DNA of 64,000 bases from NCBI GenBank assembly GCA_951406725.2, contig OX597831.1, forward strand, positions 75,330,001 through 75,394,000, read 5' to 3'. The notes under the pieces were generated by a model. The model was given only the letters and a program-made list of their open reading frames with translations. It was not told the origin of the DNA and did no database searches. Below, piece after piece: positions 43,564-56,600 of the stretch. How positions within the stretch are numbered: position 1 is the stretch's first letter; every line of letters begins with the position of its first letter. The translations under genes and the position numbers were made by a program. The DNA is from Octopus vulgaris (lineage: Eukaryota).

Positions 43564-44173
43564 TTGCTCCCTCTCTTTCATAAGTGTCACTGCTTTTGCA
43601 TTTAAGTTCTCCTGATACCTGCTACCCCCGAAGTGCTTCAATGAGCAAAGATTTTGCAAATGGCTTCTAAGAAAGAAACACACACCCAAGGCACGCAACA
43701 ATGGAACCTCTAGGCTTGACCTACAAAAACATAATAACCCAGTCTCTCTCAAATACCACCTTCCCTACCATTTTAAAAACAGACAGACAAGATCGGACAA
43801 TATTGAACATTTAAAAATCACAGGCAAGTTATGACAGGAATGCCTTTGGTTACGGGGTCAGCTCACTCAGGACTGACCTGGGGTTGAACATCGAGAATGA
43901 CCAACACTAAACTGGAAGACATTTCCGTAAACAAAGACATTGTAAACTTACTCTCATGATAACCTAGTTTTTTGTTTATACAGAATGTTGACACAGTATT
44001 ACAACTTGTATATCAGTAAAACAGCATTGTAACACCACACTCCTCTTCTGTAGGGATGAGAAACAGTTAAAAGTTGCTACAACTGAAAAGGGCAACTTAC
44101 ACTTGTAGTAAGTGTACGTCGCTTCAAATGTTAGGCCCCACAATTTTTGCAGATTACTCAAAGCAATCTTGTA

Positions 44174-44435
44174 CAGGGTGTACAAAAAGTCTCTCTGCAG
44201 TTGAGTTTTTTTCATCCTGACTCTGCATGAGCTGGACTCTCCAAGATGTATTTCAAAACATGTGTAGAAGAGTCAACTTATGTATTCGAAATGAAGGACG
44301 ACACTTTCAACACCTCTTATAAAGTTTTTTAAAGTCTTGTAAAGTCTAATATATTCTTTTGTAGTCTTATACCATCTTAGAAATATTTATTTTGCAATAA
44401 AATACTTACTGTGGAGAGATTTTTTGAACACACTG
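44174..44435 (+). mobile_element. Internally deleted Tc1/mariner element (MITE)
   Basis: Imperfect 28-bp TIRs (CAGGGTGTACAAAAAGTCTCTCTGCAGT, about 23/28 match), TA on both sides, residual C-terminus RRVNLCIRNEGRHFQHLL*. Confidence 0.8.
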
Positions 44436-44451
44436 TATGTGTTTATGTATA

Positions 44452-44879
44452 TACTCTTTTACTCTTTTACTCTTTTACTCTTTTACTTGTTTCAGTCAAT
44501 TGACTGCGGCCATGCTGGAGCACCACCTTTGGTCGAGCAAATCGACCCCAGGACTTATTCTTTTTTGTAAGCCCAGTACTTATTCTATCAGTCTCTTTTG
44601 CCGAACCGCTAAGTGACGGGGACGTAAACACACCAGCATCGGTTGTCAAGCAATGCTAGGGGGACAAACACAGACACACAAACACACCACATACATATAT
44701 ATATACACATATACACGACAGGCTTCTTTCAGTTTCCGTCTACCAAATCTACTCACAAGGCATTGGTCGGCCCGGGGCTATAGCAGAAGACACTTGCCCA
44801 AGGTGCCACGCAGTAGGACTGAACCCGGAACCATGTGGTTGGTTAGCAAGCTACTTACCACACAGCCACTTCTGCGCCT
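44452..44879 (-). mobile_element. SINE family A, full length
   Basis: Complete head to (GAGTAAAA)n tail. Confidence 0.92.
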
Positions 44880-46041
44880 ATATATATATATATATCATCA
44901 TCATCACCATCGTTTAACATCTGCTTTCCATGCTGGCATGGGTTGGATGGTTTGACTGAGGACTGGCACACAAGATGGCTGCACCAGACTCCAATCTGAT
45001 GTGGCAAAGTTTTTACAGCTGGATGCCCTTCCTAACGCCAACCACTCCAAGAGTATAGTGGTTGCTTTTACTTGCCACCTGCACAGGAGCCAGTCCAGGA
45101 GCACTGGCATTGACCTCGCTCAAATATTTTTTCATGTGCTAGTAAGGCGATGCAGGTAGTGATCATGGTCGAATGGTGCTTTTTATGTGCCACCGGCACA
45201 GAAGTCAATCTTCTGCTCTGGCAACAATCGTGCTCGGATGGTGCTCTTAGCGCTCCACTAGCACGGATGCTAGTCATCGAATTTAATTTCAATTTCAATA
45301 TATATAAGAACCTTCCCTTCATGGATGAAGGGAATGTTCTTATGAACTAACTCTTCCACCCCAGTGGAATTTGAACTCAGAACATAAAAACCCATTGACA
45401 TTTCATTACAAAGCATTTTTCTTTTTTTTCCCTCTTCTTTCTCTTTCCCTCCTCATTATGTACCTATCAACATATTTATGTATACAATGGGAAGGAAAAG
45501 AGTGGGATGAAAAAAAAGAAGAAACGTAAAAAAAATTTACTTGTAATGAAATTTCAATGGGTTGACCACACCAAATTGAAAAGAAACCTCTCTCTCCCTC
45601 TCCTTCCCCCCTCTCTCTCTACGTATCAGTCTGTCTGTCTGTCTATCCTATCCTCATCCTTTACTTTTTTTCTTCTTTCTTGATCGTCCTGAAACCTCCC
45701 TCTTTCTGTCTCCCCCTCTCTCTTTATCTAACTACCTATCCTTTCCTCATCTTTTACTTTTTTACCTCTTTCTTTATTGTCCTGAAACTTCTCCCCCTCT
45801 TTGCTTTTCTTTCTCTCTTGCCCTCTTTTTCCATAAAAACAAAAATATTTTTCTCCTCTTCTAAACTCAGCAAAAAACATCTGATTCATATAAATGAACA
45901 AGGAAATGTTCTGTTTTTATCATTTTGAGTTTGTCTTGATGAACTCGATAAATGAACAAAAGCTCTAATAAAAAAATTATCCAAAATTCTGACTGCCTCC
46001 TTTTTCTTAATTTACAATATCTGTACACTTCTTCAAACACA

Positions 46042-46086
<45 letters not shown>

Positions 46087-46146
46087 AATGTTCAATTTAT
46101 AAGGAAGATCCAGAACAACAGTGAGCCAAATGTCACATAAATAAAC

Positions 46147-46192
<46 letters not shown>

Positions 46193-46394
46193 TAAAAACG
46201 GTAAGATAACAAAAGAAAGAAAGATATATATATCTATTGTGACTGCATAATGAAGCTCTCGATTCCACCAATCAATAGAGTCTATTCTAAGCTACAATAG
46301 TGACAACATGAATTTCTTCCATCTTCTTGCTCTGTCAAAGTATTCGAGTAAAATTATGTCAATGTGTCCAACTGATTAAAATTCTATTTATTTG

Positions 46395-46480
46395 TGCAGC
46401 TGAGGATAGCCCTGCATTTAAACTGATGTAATAATTGCTTTGTTCAACTAAATGGAGTCGCTTGAAACGGTCGTACTGCA
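46395..46480 (+). ncRNA. Type I hammerhead ribozyme with long helix II
   Basis: UGCAG-CUGAGGA-UAGC-[CUGCAUUUA...UAAAUGGAG]-GCUU-GAAAC-GGUC-GUA^CUGCA. Canonical core and perfect helix I. Upstream IESILSYNSDNMN weakly resembles a PLE C-terminus. Confidence 0.72.
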
Positions 46481-46528
46481 TCACTTCTTGATATCCTGTT
46501 GCTTATTTTGATTATATATATAAATGTG

Positions 46529-46773
46529 GAGGCGTGGGGCTTAGTTGTTAGGGTGTTGAACTCATGATCATAAGGCTGTGGTTTCGATTCCTGGACCGGG
46601 CAATGCATTGTATTCTTGAGCAAAACACTTTATTTTCACGTTGCTCCAGTCCACTCAGCTGGCAAAAATGGGTAATTCTGCAACGGACCGGCGTCCTGTC
46701 CAGGTGGGGAATTTCTACGCCACTGAAACCGGGAAACCGGCCCTTATGAACCTGGCATGGCTCGAGAAGGAAC

Positions 46774-46775
<2 letters not shown>
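46529..46775 (+). mobile_element. SINE family D
   Basis: tRNA-like head, TTCTTGAGCAAAACACTTTATTTTCACGTTGCTCCAGTCCACTCAGC core. Confidence 0.8.
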
Positions 46776-46836
<61 letters not shown>

Positions 46837-47128
46837 TGTAAGATCCAAGGATTGAAGTGTAGAAGAATGTTAGCTGTGGGCATTCCAAAGTAAATATAAA
46901 TAACAATTTTCAGGGACAATAGCGGTTTATATAGCGATTGCGGATTTTTTCTCATTGGAGTACCAGAAATTAAGATAAGTTCTTTTTATATTTCCCGGTA
47001 GGCAACCAGGGTTACAGGGTATGCAAATGAGAAAACAAGAGTTAAAGAACCTTAGAAGTGGTAAATTTCCAAGTGAGGTGTATACTGTTGGGTACTCTTC
47101 AGGCCAAAGATATCATGAATATACATAC

Positions 47129-47181
<53 letters not shown>

Positions 47182-47968
47182 TATATATACATATATGTGT
47201 GTGTGTGTGTGTGTGTGTGTATACACATATGAGCAAAACGCCCCCTGTCCAATGGACGGTGCTGAGTTGTCAAACATTTAAACCAAATTTTCTCAAAACA
47301 ACTTGTCCGACTGTCCCATAGGCCTCCCCTTTAAGAAAGAACTGATTTAACCTAAATTTGAGACACCAGCAAAAGAAGAAATAAAGATAGACCTTTTTTC
47401 TATTCCAAAGAAAAACGATTTTATACACACAAATATGCAACCGAAGAGTTTAAAGTACCAGTAATGATAAGGCTGTTGACTGGGAGAACACAAACATGGT
47501 TTAAACAGTAAGCTTGGCTGGAAAGAAACGTGCCTTTAAGCAGGACAAAAACAACAAGAAATGGAAGGTGCAGTTATGTAGAGGTTGACGGAAGACAAGG
47601 AGAAAAACGATGCATGCAAATGGGTTAGCTGGAGGTAAATCTAGATGGAAAAGCATGATGAATTTATGAGAACGTACCTGGGACAATAGTAAGTTTAACT
47701 GATAAAACATGTAGGAAAGTGCACGTGCATTTTTCTCATGTACGCATAGTATCGATTGCAACACCTGATGTCCTTGCGCATACAAATGCACATTCCCACG
47801 GCTTTATCAATCACATTCTCACCTGGAATCGATTTTTGTAACTTTTTTAAGACTTATACACGCCCTGATACTGTCAGTATCTACATATCAAATTGGAGCG
47901 CAATCGGATGGAGGATGCCCAAGATCCTAGAAGAGACACGCACAGACAGACCGAACGGATTTTATATA

Positions 47969-48008
<40 letters not shown>

Positions 48009-48469
48009 CACTATGAGAATATTTAGATCCCTTATAGGGATATTTTTATCCAAGATACACTGGCTTAATATATTAGATTTTGATGAGGCATCTCTTCAAT
48101 GAATATATCTTATAAAATATCATAAAATATCAAATATTAGGTGTGGTGTTGGCAGTTGGTGTTATGGGATGTGATGAGCTATGTGGTGCTGGTGGAGAGG
48201 ATGACAAATGAGGTGGGTGGAAGTAGGGCTTGCAGGGGCCGGCGGAAGACTGCAGGGTGCATGCGTGGCAGGAAGCGGAAGCGGTCAAGCAGGATACACG
48301 TGTGATCATTGACGAAGCGGGCCAGTTCGAGCATAGACGACGAAGCGACAGGAAGTGTTGAATTCGTAAGAGACCGCTGATTTTTGCCGCGGTAAGACCT
48401 TTTGTATTTCTTTCTCCCGTTGCTTCTTCTTCTGTTGTCCTCTTCATCCATCACACTATATTATGAATG

Positions 48470-48780
48470 CTTGAAATGTGCTATTTATGTGCCACCAGAA
48501 TGGGTGCCCATTGTGTGACACCAGCATTTGTCATGACTCTAATTTCACTTGGTTTGATGGGTCTTCTCAAGCACAACATATTGCCAAAGGTCTCGGTCAC
48601 TAGACATTGCCCCTGTGAAGCCCAAAGTTCAAAGGTCATGCTTCACTCCCTCGTCCCATGTCTTCCTGGGTCTACCTCTTTCACAGGTTCCCTCCACAGT
48701 TAGAGATTGGCATTTGTCTACACAACTGTCCTTGCCCATACGCATCACATGACCATACCAGTGCAATTTTCTCTCTTGCA
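48470..48780 (-). mobile_element. RTE C-terminal fragment
   Basis: VQERKLHWYGHVMRMGKDSCVDKCQSLTVEGTCERGRPRKTWDEGVKHDL. Confidence 0.85.
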
Positions 48781-48784
48781 CACA

Positions 48785-48822
<38 letters not shown>

Positions 48823-49349
48823 TATATATGTGTATGTTTGTATTTATGTATATATATGTGTGTGTGTGTGTGTGTATGTGTCATTGTGCTTATATTTTCT
48901 CCCTCTCCCCAACCACCTGTTGACAACCATCTGTTAGTTTGTTTGCAACCTGTAGCTGAGTGGTTTAGCAAAAGAGGCCAACAAAATAAGAACCAGTCTG
49001 AGAAGAACAAAACAAGGATGGCACGGGTGAGGGTTGGGAGGGGGTCGATTCTTTTGACCAAACCCATCATAACTGTCTGCAACTGAATGACCGAAACAGG
49101 TAAAAGATAATAGACTAATGCTGTTGTTGTTGTGATTATTGTTGTTGTGATTGTTGTTGTTGTGATTGTTGTTGTGGTGGTGGTTGTGGTTGGTGGTGGT
49201 TGTTATCAAAACCTGTTGTTTTCCGCTTTAAGATAGCAACTGAGATAAAAATCTTATCAAACCCAACACACTAATTTTCCCATAAACTAAACAAAATTTC
49301 AGAATATATTAATTTCTAATGTCCTTTTATTTGTTGTGACATGTATAGC

Positions 49350-49647
49350 ACAGTTATGGCTGTGTGGTTAAGAAGTTTGCTTCTCATCCATGAGGTTTCA
49401 GGTTCAATCCTACTGGAAGCCACCTTGGACGAGTGTCTTCTGTGGTCGCAGAGCCTTGTGAATAGACTTTGTAGATGGAAACTGAAAAAGTCCTGGTGTG
49501 GCTGTGTGGTAAGATGCTTGCTTCCCAACCACGTGGTTCTGGGTTCAGTCCCACTGTGTGGCACCTTGGGCAGGTGTCTTCTACTATAGCCTTGGACCAT
49601 TCAAAGCTTTGTGAGTGGATTTGGAAGAGGGAAACTGAAAGAAGCCT

Positions 49648-49733
<86 letters not shown>

Positions 49734-49925
49734 ATGTATCTTTGTGTCTGTGTTTGTCCTCCCTATCACTGCTTGACAACCAGTGTTGGTGTGTTTATGT
49801 CTCCATAACTTAGCGGTTCAGCAAAAGCAACCAATAGAATAAGTCCTATGGTTGATTTGTTCAACTAAAACCCTTCAAGCCAGTGCTCCAGCTTGGCCGC
49901 AGTCAAATGACTGAAACAAGTAAAA
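49350..49925 (+). mobile_element. SINE family A with an extra tandem 5' head
   Basis: Diverged head at 49350-49490 followed by a full copy at 49497-49925. Confidence 0.8.
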
Positions 49926-51080
49926 CAATATATATATCACATGACCGGTGTTCAGCCAGGCATGATCTTTCATTCTTGGCTCGACTGCTGACCGCAAACA
50001 TCTCTTATGTCCACTCCCGTGTTCCTGCCTCAAGGCTTTCAATCTATACACGCCAGCTCAATTTGATTCGTCTTTATTAGTCGAAAGATACTTGTTATTT
50101 TCTTGTTGTTTGTATTTGTAATTGCGTTACACGTTCTCCATTTTTTAAATCTTTCTTGTCATACACATGAGCTTGCTTTCTCACAAAAAAATCTAATGCT
50201 CTTTGCTTAGACTTTTTGGGAGCAACCAGATTTGAACAGTCTCAAGTGTAACTGTCTGAAACTGTAAGGACAATCTGGAAACTTGACTGATGAGAGAAGG
50301 CCATGAATAATTTGTCCTTGTTTTTTCCTGTCTCTCTATTTGTTGTTTTTCCTGTCCACCTTTGTATCATTTATCTGTTTGGATGTTTTATTGTCCCCTA
50401 TGCCATTTTTGGTCCAATTTTTAATATTTATATATATAGACACAAAAGAATGGAGAATCAAATATTCTTTAATAAGGTTATGCATGTTTCAGATACACTA
50501 ATAAATTCCAAAATTCTGCCATGCAGTAATCATCCATATTAATGAATCCCATATTTGATCGACAATGATTCTTCAGAGACTGAGAAATTAAACACCATCC
50601 TGTCCTTATTAAAGCTGTACCACATTGCTTGGAATAGAGAACAGTTTCAGGGAGAGAGATAATAGCAATAACTTGTAGGGAAGTGTCTCAGCAGATTGCT
50701 TAGGAATTATATCTATTGGATCTGGCTAGAATTGTAATATGACACTTGGTTTCTTCAATCCTAAATGCCAACTAGAAAAATAGTTATGATAAAATTCCTG
50801 TCCCATATAAACATTTATTGACCAATATAAATACACAGAGGAAACATGAAGAATCAATTTATTCAGTAGATAATTATTTAGGTCACAAGGGAAATGTCAT
50901 TTAATCTAAATTAATGTGCCTAAACAAAGACTGGTTGAGTTACATATATATTCATAGACACACTTACATACACACATAGATTCAAAATGACAAAAAACAT
51001 CCCAAATAACCACTCTGAAACAGCCTTTTCCCAAAACTCAAGAAAACAAATTGAAGTCTTGATCTTTTTCAACTAACTCA

Positions 51081-51331
51081 CATATACATGGGGGTGGATG
51101 CAGATGTCTTTAAAATGAAACTGGATCTCTTCCTGTCAGGTCTCCCAGATGAGCCAACTTCACGGCAGGAGGTGCAGATGAGGGCAGCTGCATCGAACTC
51201 TCTCATGCACCAGATGGCATTTGCTAAAAAGCATTCGTGAAGTAAAATCATGTAGCAACACCAAATGGCAGTGCCCCAGCATGGCCACAGCTTGTGAGCT
51301 GAAACTAAATAAAATAAAAAAAAAAAAAAAA
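51081..51331 (+). mobile_element. LINE 3' end (CR1-group; exact clade uncertain), putative partner of SINE A
   Basis: VDADVFKMKLDLFLSGLPDEP...RAAASNSL C-terminus, short 3' UTR ending GGCAGTGCCCCAGCATGGCCACAGCTTGTGAGCTGAAACT, then an A-rich tail. Confidence 0.75.
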
Positions 51332-51344
51332 TACAGTACATGTG

Positions 51345-51590
51345 GAGGCAAGTGGCTTAGTGGTTAAGGTGTAGGAATTATGATTGTAAGACTGTGGTTT
51401 CGATTCCTGGACTGGGCGACGTGATGTTTTCTCGAGCAAAATACTTCATTTCACATTGCTCCAGTCCACTCAACTGGCAAAAGTGAGTAATCGTACAGTG
51501 GAGTGGCATCCTATCCGGGTGGGGAGTATATACACTTTATAAACGGGGAAAATGGCCCTATGAGTCTATATAACTCGGGAAGGAACTCTA
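51345..51590 (+). mobile_element. SINE family D
   Basis: Similar to 46529-46775. Confidence 0.75.
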
Positions 51591-51802
51591 TTTCTTTTAC
51601 TCATATACATAAAAAGGGGAAATCCTCAACAGCCCACAAATCATGATGAATTTATTCTCAGAAAGAAAAGAAAACACTCAATAAATAGTTTTTATTCAAA
51701 TTCTGATTACCTTCTTCCTAGTGTGAGGAAGGGCATCCAGCCATAGGAACCTTGCCAAAATAGACACTGGAGCCTGGTGTGGCCCCAGACTTTACTGGCT
51801 CT

Positions 51803-52122
51803 GCTACCTAGGTGACCAAGTCTGTAGTGGGGGTGGTTGCTCTGAGAGTGTAGCGACTAGAGTAAGAATAGCCTGAGCAAAGTTCAGGGAGCTTCTACCT
51901 CTGCAGGCAACTAAGGGCCTCTTGCTCAGGGTGAAAGGTAGACTGTATGATACATGTGTGCGAACTGCCATGCTACATGGCAGTGAAACATGGGCCATGA
52001 ATGCTGAGAATATGCATAGGCTTGAAAGAAATGAAGCTAGTATGATCAGCTGGATGTGTAATGTCAGTGTGCATACATGGCAGAATGCAAGCACCCTGAG
52101 AGGAAAGTTGGGCATAAGAAGG
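51803..52122 (+). mobile_element. RTE internal fragment
   Basis: YLGDQVCSGGGCSESV...KGRLYDTCVRTAMLHGSETWAM..RLERNEASMISWMCNVS. Confidence 0.85.
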
Positions 52123-52841
52123 TATAAAAAATATTTTTATTATTATTATTTTTTATTCCTCATTTTTGTTCTTTATTTAGTAATGAATAATTATTTTGAC
52201 GATTTCTAGTTGAATAATTTTGATTGTCATGTCTTTATATAGGATGTAAATAGTAAATTAGTTTCATATAATCCAGACCTGAAGATTAGCAGTATAGTCA
52301 GATTGATATGGTATTGAATTTCTATTTCAGCCATACCGATAGATATATTGTCATGAAACATGCGTTGTCTATATAATTTAATATATGACTCAGAATAGTA
52401 ATTGTAGATATTAATTTGATAAAATTTAATCTTATTTATCTCTATCATAGATAATGTTGTTCAATGTTGTTTGAGTTGCTTGAAGGTGGTTCTGTCTCTT
52501 AAACCTATCTATATATATATATGTATATAATACAGTGAGAAATTCATTTCAGAACCACTAAATTGAATTTCTTTCCCCCATAGACTTGGAAATAACTTCC
52601 CTAATATTAATAATTATATATATATATAAACATAGTTAAAGGATAAAATCATTAAAATTAATGAATTTTATCAGTGGCCAGCATGTAAAAAGACTTTTTA
52701 GGTAAAATACATATGATAACCTGATAACCTGGTGTAGGACTCAATATACACATACTTCAGAATAAAGCATTAGTTGAGTACAGAGAGGTAATAAGAACAC
52801 AAGATGACAAAGGAATAAACCATTATCTTACGAACTCCATT

Positions 52842-52922
52842 AGCTTACAGTTGTTTCTGCTATAAGATGCAGTGGACTCATAGTTGAGTGCCTGAGTAAC
52901 AACTTATCGCTTCATCAGAGCC
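52842..52922 (-). ncRNA. Type I hammerhead ribozyme with extended helix II in a Penelope-like terminal repeat
   Basis: GGCU-CUGAUGA-A-GCGAUAAG...CUUAUAGC-A-GAAAC-AACU-GUA^AGCU. Canonical core; the sister copy near 2575 has the palindromic AGCU loop. Confidence 0.68.
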
Positions 52923-53196
52923 TCAAATATGAAATGCAATTTATTTGGGAAAAGAATTCCATTTATGCATATGTACAAGAAAAAACATTACCAATAAGAA
53001 AGCAAACACCTATGTGGGGGATGAAAACCAGGGCTTCCCATAAATGGAATCATACTGTATTCTGTTTATCAAATTATATCCTAATATTCTATCTTATTAT
53101 AATCTAATATTCTATTTATGGGAGGAGCACCTGATTTTCATCTCCACACAGGTGTTTGCTTTCTCACAGGTAATGCTTTTTCTCATATATATTCTC

Positions 53197-53610
53197 TCTT
53201 TACTCTTTACTCTTTTACTTGTTTCAGTCATTTGACTGAGGCCATGCTGGAGCACCGCCTTTTTAATCGAGCAACTCGACCCCAGGAATTATTGTTTTGT
53301 AAGCCCAGTACTTATTTTATCGGTCTCTTTTGCTGAACCACTAAGTAACGGGGACATAAACACACCAGCATCGGTTGTCAAGCAATGCTAGGGGGACAAA
53401 CACAAACACACAAACACACACACGCATATATATATATACATATATATGACGGGCTTCTTTCAGTTTCCGTCTACCAAATCCACTCACAAGGCATTGGTCG
53501 GCCCTGGGGCTATAGTAGAAGACACTTGCCGAAGGTGCCACGCAGTGGGACTGAACCCGGAACCATGTGGTTGGTAAACAAGCTACTTACCACACAGCCA
53601 CTCCTGCGTC
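53197..53610 (-). mobile_element. SINE family A, full length
   Basis: Complete head to tail. Confidence 0.92.
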
Positions 53611-53639
53611 TATATATATATACATAGATTCATCATTAT

Positions 53640-56600
53640 CATTATCATCATTTAACAGCCGTTGGATGGTTTGACTGGGCTGGCATGCTGGAAGGCTGCA
53701 CTGTGCTCCAGTCTGATTTGGCATGATTTTCTACAGCTGGATGCCCTTCCCAATGCCAACCACTCTGAGAGTGTAATGGGTGCTTTTATGTGCCACCAGC
53801 CCGGGTGCCATTTGTGTGATACTGGTATCTGCCATGACTGCAATTTTGCTCGGCTTGATGGGTCTTCTTCTCAAGCATGATATAATGTCAAAGGTCTTGG
53901 TCATTGCCTCTGTGAGGCCCAACACTCGAAAGGAACTTGGCTACTTTGCCCCCATGAGGCCCAACACTTGAAAGGAACTCAGCCACTATGCCTCCTAGGA
54001 GGCACAGTTATCAAAGGGAACTCAGCCACTTTACCTCCATGAGGCCCAACATTCAAAGGTTGATTTTTTTACATGCCACCAGCACAGATTCACTTGGCTT
54101 GATGGGTCCTCTTAAGCAGAGCACATCGCCAAAGGTCTCGGTCACTAGTCATTGCCTCTGTGAGGTTCAAAGTTCAAAGATCCTGCTTCACCACCTCATC
54201 CCATGTCTTCCTGGGTCTACCTCTACCACAGGTTCTCTCCACAGTTACAGATTGGCACTTCTTTACACAGCTGTCCTCATCCATATACATCACATGACCA
54301 TACTAGCACAGTTGTCTCTCTTTCACACCACATCTGATTCCTCTTATGCCTAACTTTTCTCTCCTGATGCTTACACTCTGTCAAACATGCACACTGACAT
54401 TGCACATCCAGCGAAGCATACTGGTTTAATTTCTCTCAAATCTATGCATGTACTCGGCTGTTTCAGCCCATGTTTCACTGCCATGCAGCACAGCTGTTCA
54501 CACACAGGCATCAAACAATCTGCCTTTAACTCTGAGAGAAGAAGCCTTTTGTTGCCAGCAGGGGTAGGAGCTCTCTGAATGTTGCCCAACCTAATCTTAT
54601 TCTCATAGCTATGCTCTCGGAACAACCACCTCCACTACTAACCTGGTCACCTAGATACCAGAAGCTATCTATTACCTCTAGCTTGCTCTTCTGGCAGTTG
54701 ATGGAGTCTATTTTCTGCACACGTTCAGCATTTATGATGCCTCTGCACCTTCCACATACAAAAATCAGTTTCGCTGTTAACCTTCCTTTGATGTTGCTGC
54801 ACCTTTTGTGTGTCCACAGCTTATACTGGGTGCATCTTATGGAGTTTCTACCTACACCTTTTCTACAGATTGAGCAGGGTCATCTACGTGAAGGTATTTG
54901 TGAATTTGTCTGCCTTCCTACTTACTATAAATTTGGTTTTTGCTAGGTTAACTCTAAGGCCCTTTGATTCTAGACCTTGTTCCAGACCTGGAACTTCTAG
55001 CTCAGGTAGTGATTCAGCTATAAGAGCAAGGTGCTCACCATAGAGGAGCTCCCAGGGTCAGCCTGTCTTAAATTTCTCCATTATTGCCTGGAGGATTATG
55101 ATGAACAAGAGGAGTCTGAACACCAATCCTTGGTTAACCCCTACTTGTACCCTGAATTCTTTACTGTACTCATTGCCTACCCTCACCTTACTGGTAGCGT
55201 CCCTGTACAAGGCTTGTACAGCTCTCACCAACCACTCGTCTGTCCCTAGTTTTCCCATTGGCCACCAGATTAGGGATTGGGGGACTCTGGGAAAAGCTTT
55301 CTCCAAGTCAATAAAAGCCAAGTGCAGAGGTTTATCTTTGGCTAGGTATTTCTCCTGCGCTTGCCTTACCAGAAATATAGCATCAGTGGTGCTTCTACCT
55401 GGTACAAAGCCAAACTGCATCTCATCTAGACTAACTCTCTCCCTGATTAGTTGGGCTATGACCCTCTCTTTAACCTTCATTACCTGATCCAACAGCTTGA
55501 TACCTCTGTAATTATTTGTATCTAGGGCATCACCTTTACCTTTGTAGCAGTTGACTATTATGCTGCTACACCAGTCATTGGGTATGACTCCTTCATGGAC
55601 CACCTGATTTACAATACAGGTGAGCAGACCATAACCCACACTGCCAGATATTTTAAGCATCTCAGCAGGGATTCCTGATGAGCTGAGGGCTTTTCCTGTC
55701 TTCATATCTTTAATTGCTTTATCTACCAGGATACTGTTGATTCAAGTAGCTGGTCCCTCAGTTGAGTCAACATTTGGCAGACTCTTCTCCTCCCATTCAT
55801 ACTCCACGTTCAGCAGTCTTTTATAATGGTATCCCCAAGCCTCTTTCTTTGCAGAATCATTAAAAGCAAGTGCACCATCATCACAATTTTCTCTCACACA
55901 CTGTCTTTCAATCCGAAATACTTCAGTTCGTTGGTCCTCATGGCGCTGAACATAGGCAAACCTTTTCTTTTCTGCTTCTTCCTTGGCTAAATATACCTGT
56001 CTCCTAGATTCCCTTCTGGCTATCTGATACAGTTCCCTGCTTCCCCGACTCTTCCAGGCCTTCTAGGCCTGTTTCTTTACTCTAACAGCTCTCTTTATCA
56101 TATTGTTCCACCATGACATTATCCTAACTCTGGAAGGAACTTTGCACCAGCCACAGATTTGCTCTGTGGCACTCAGCAAGCTGTCCAGCAGGAACCCCCA
56201 GTTGCCCTCTATGTCACAAGTTTGTAGCTGCTCCTCCCTCTCATCAAATTTCTCATTTAGGATGTCTCTAAAACTCTGACTATATGAATGGTCCTTAAAC
56301 TTCCAAATCCTTCTTTCCCAGACTGGTCTGCTTCTTGGCATCCTTTTGGCCTGGAGTCTAAAGTGACCAATGACTAGTCTATGCTGGGGGGTTACATTCT
56401 TCACCAGGTGGAGTCTTTCCATTTAAGAGCAACCATGCATCCCACTCAAAATCTCTCGTGGAAGCGCCATCCAACCAAAATGCAAATATATGGGAAACTA
56501 CCACCTGTGTCATCTCTTGTGAAAGGTAGGAGAGTCCAGTTTGCTGGACATTGTTGCAGAGCTGAAAACGAGGCAATTTCTACTCTTCTCCTCTGGAAGC

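Noticed and set aside
48300-48330. VIIDEAGQ helicase Walker B-like peptide on +
   Set aside because: Lies in a 44-codon frame bounded by stops, with no other helicase motifs.
50255-50300. GAAAC...CTGATGA possible type II hammerhead
   Set aside because: No consistent helices I and II could be drawn.
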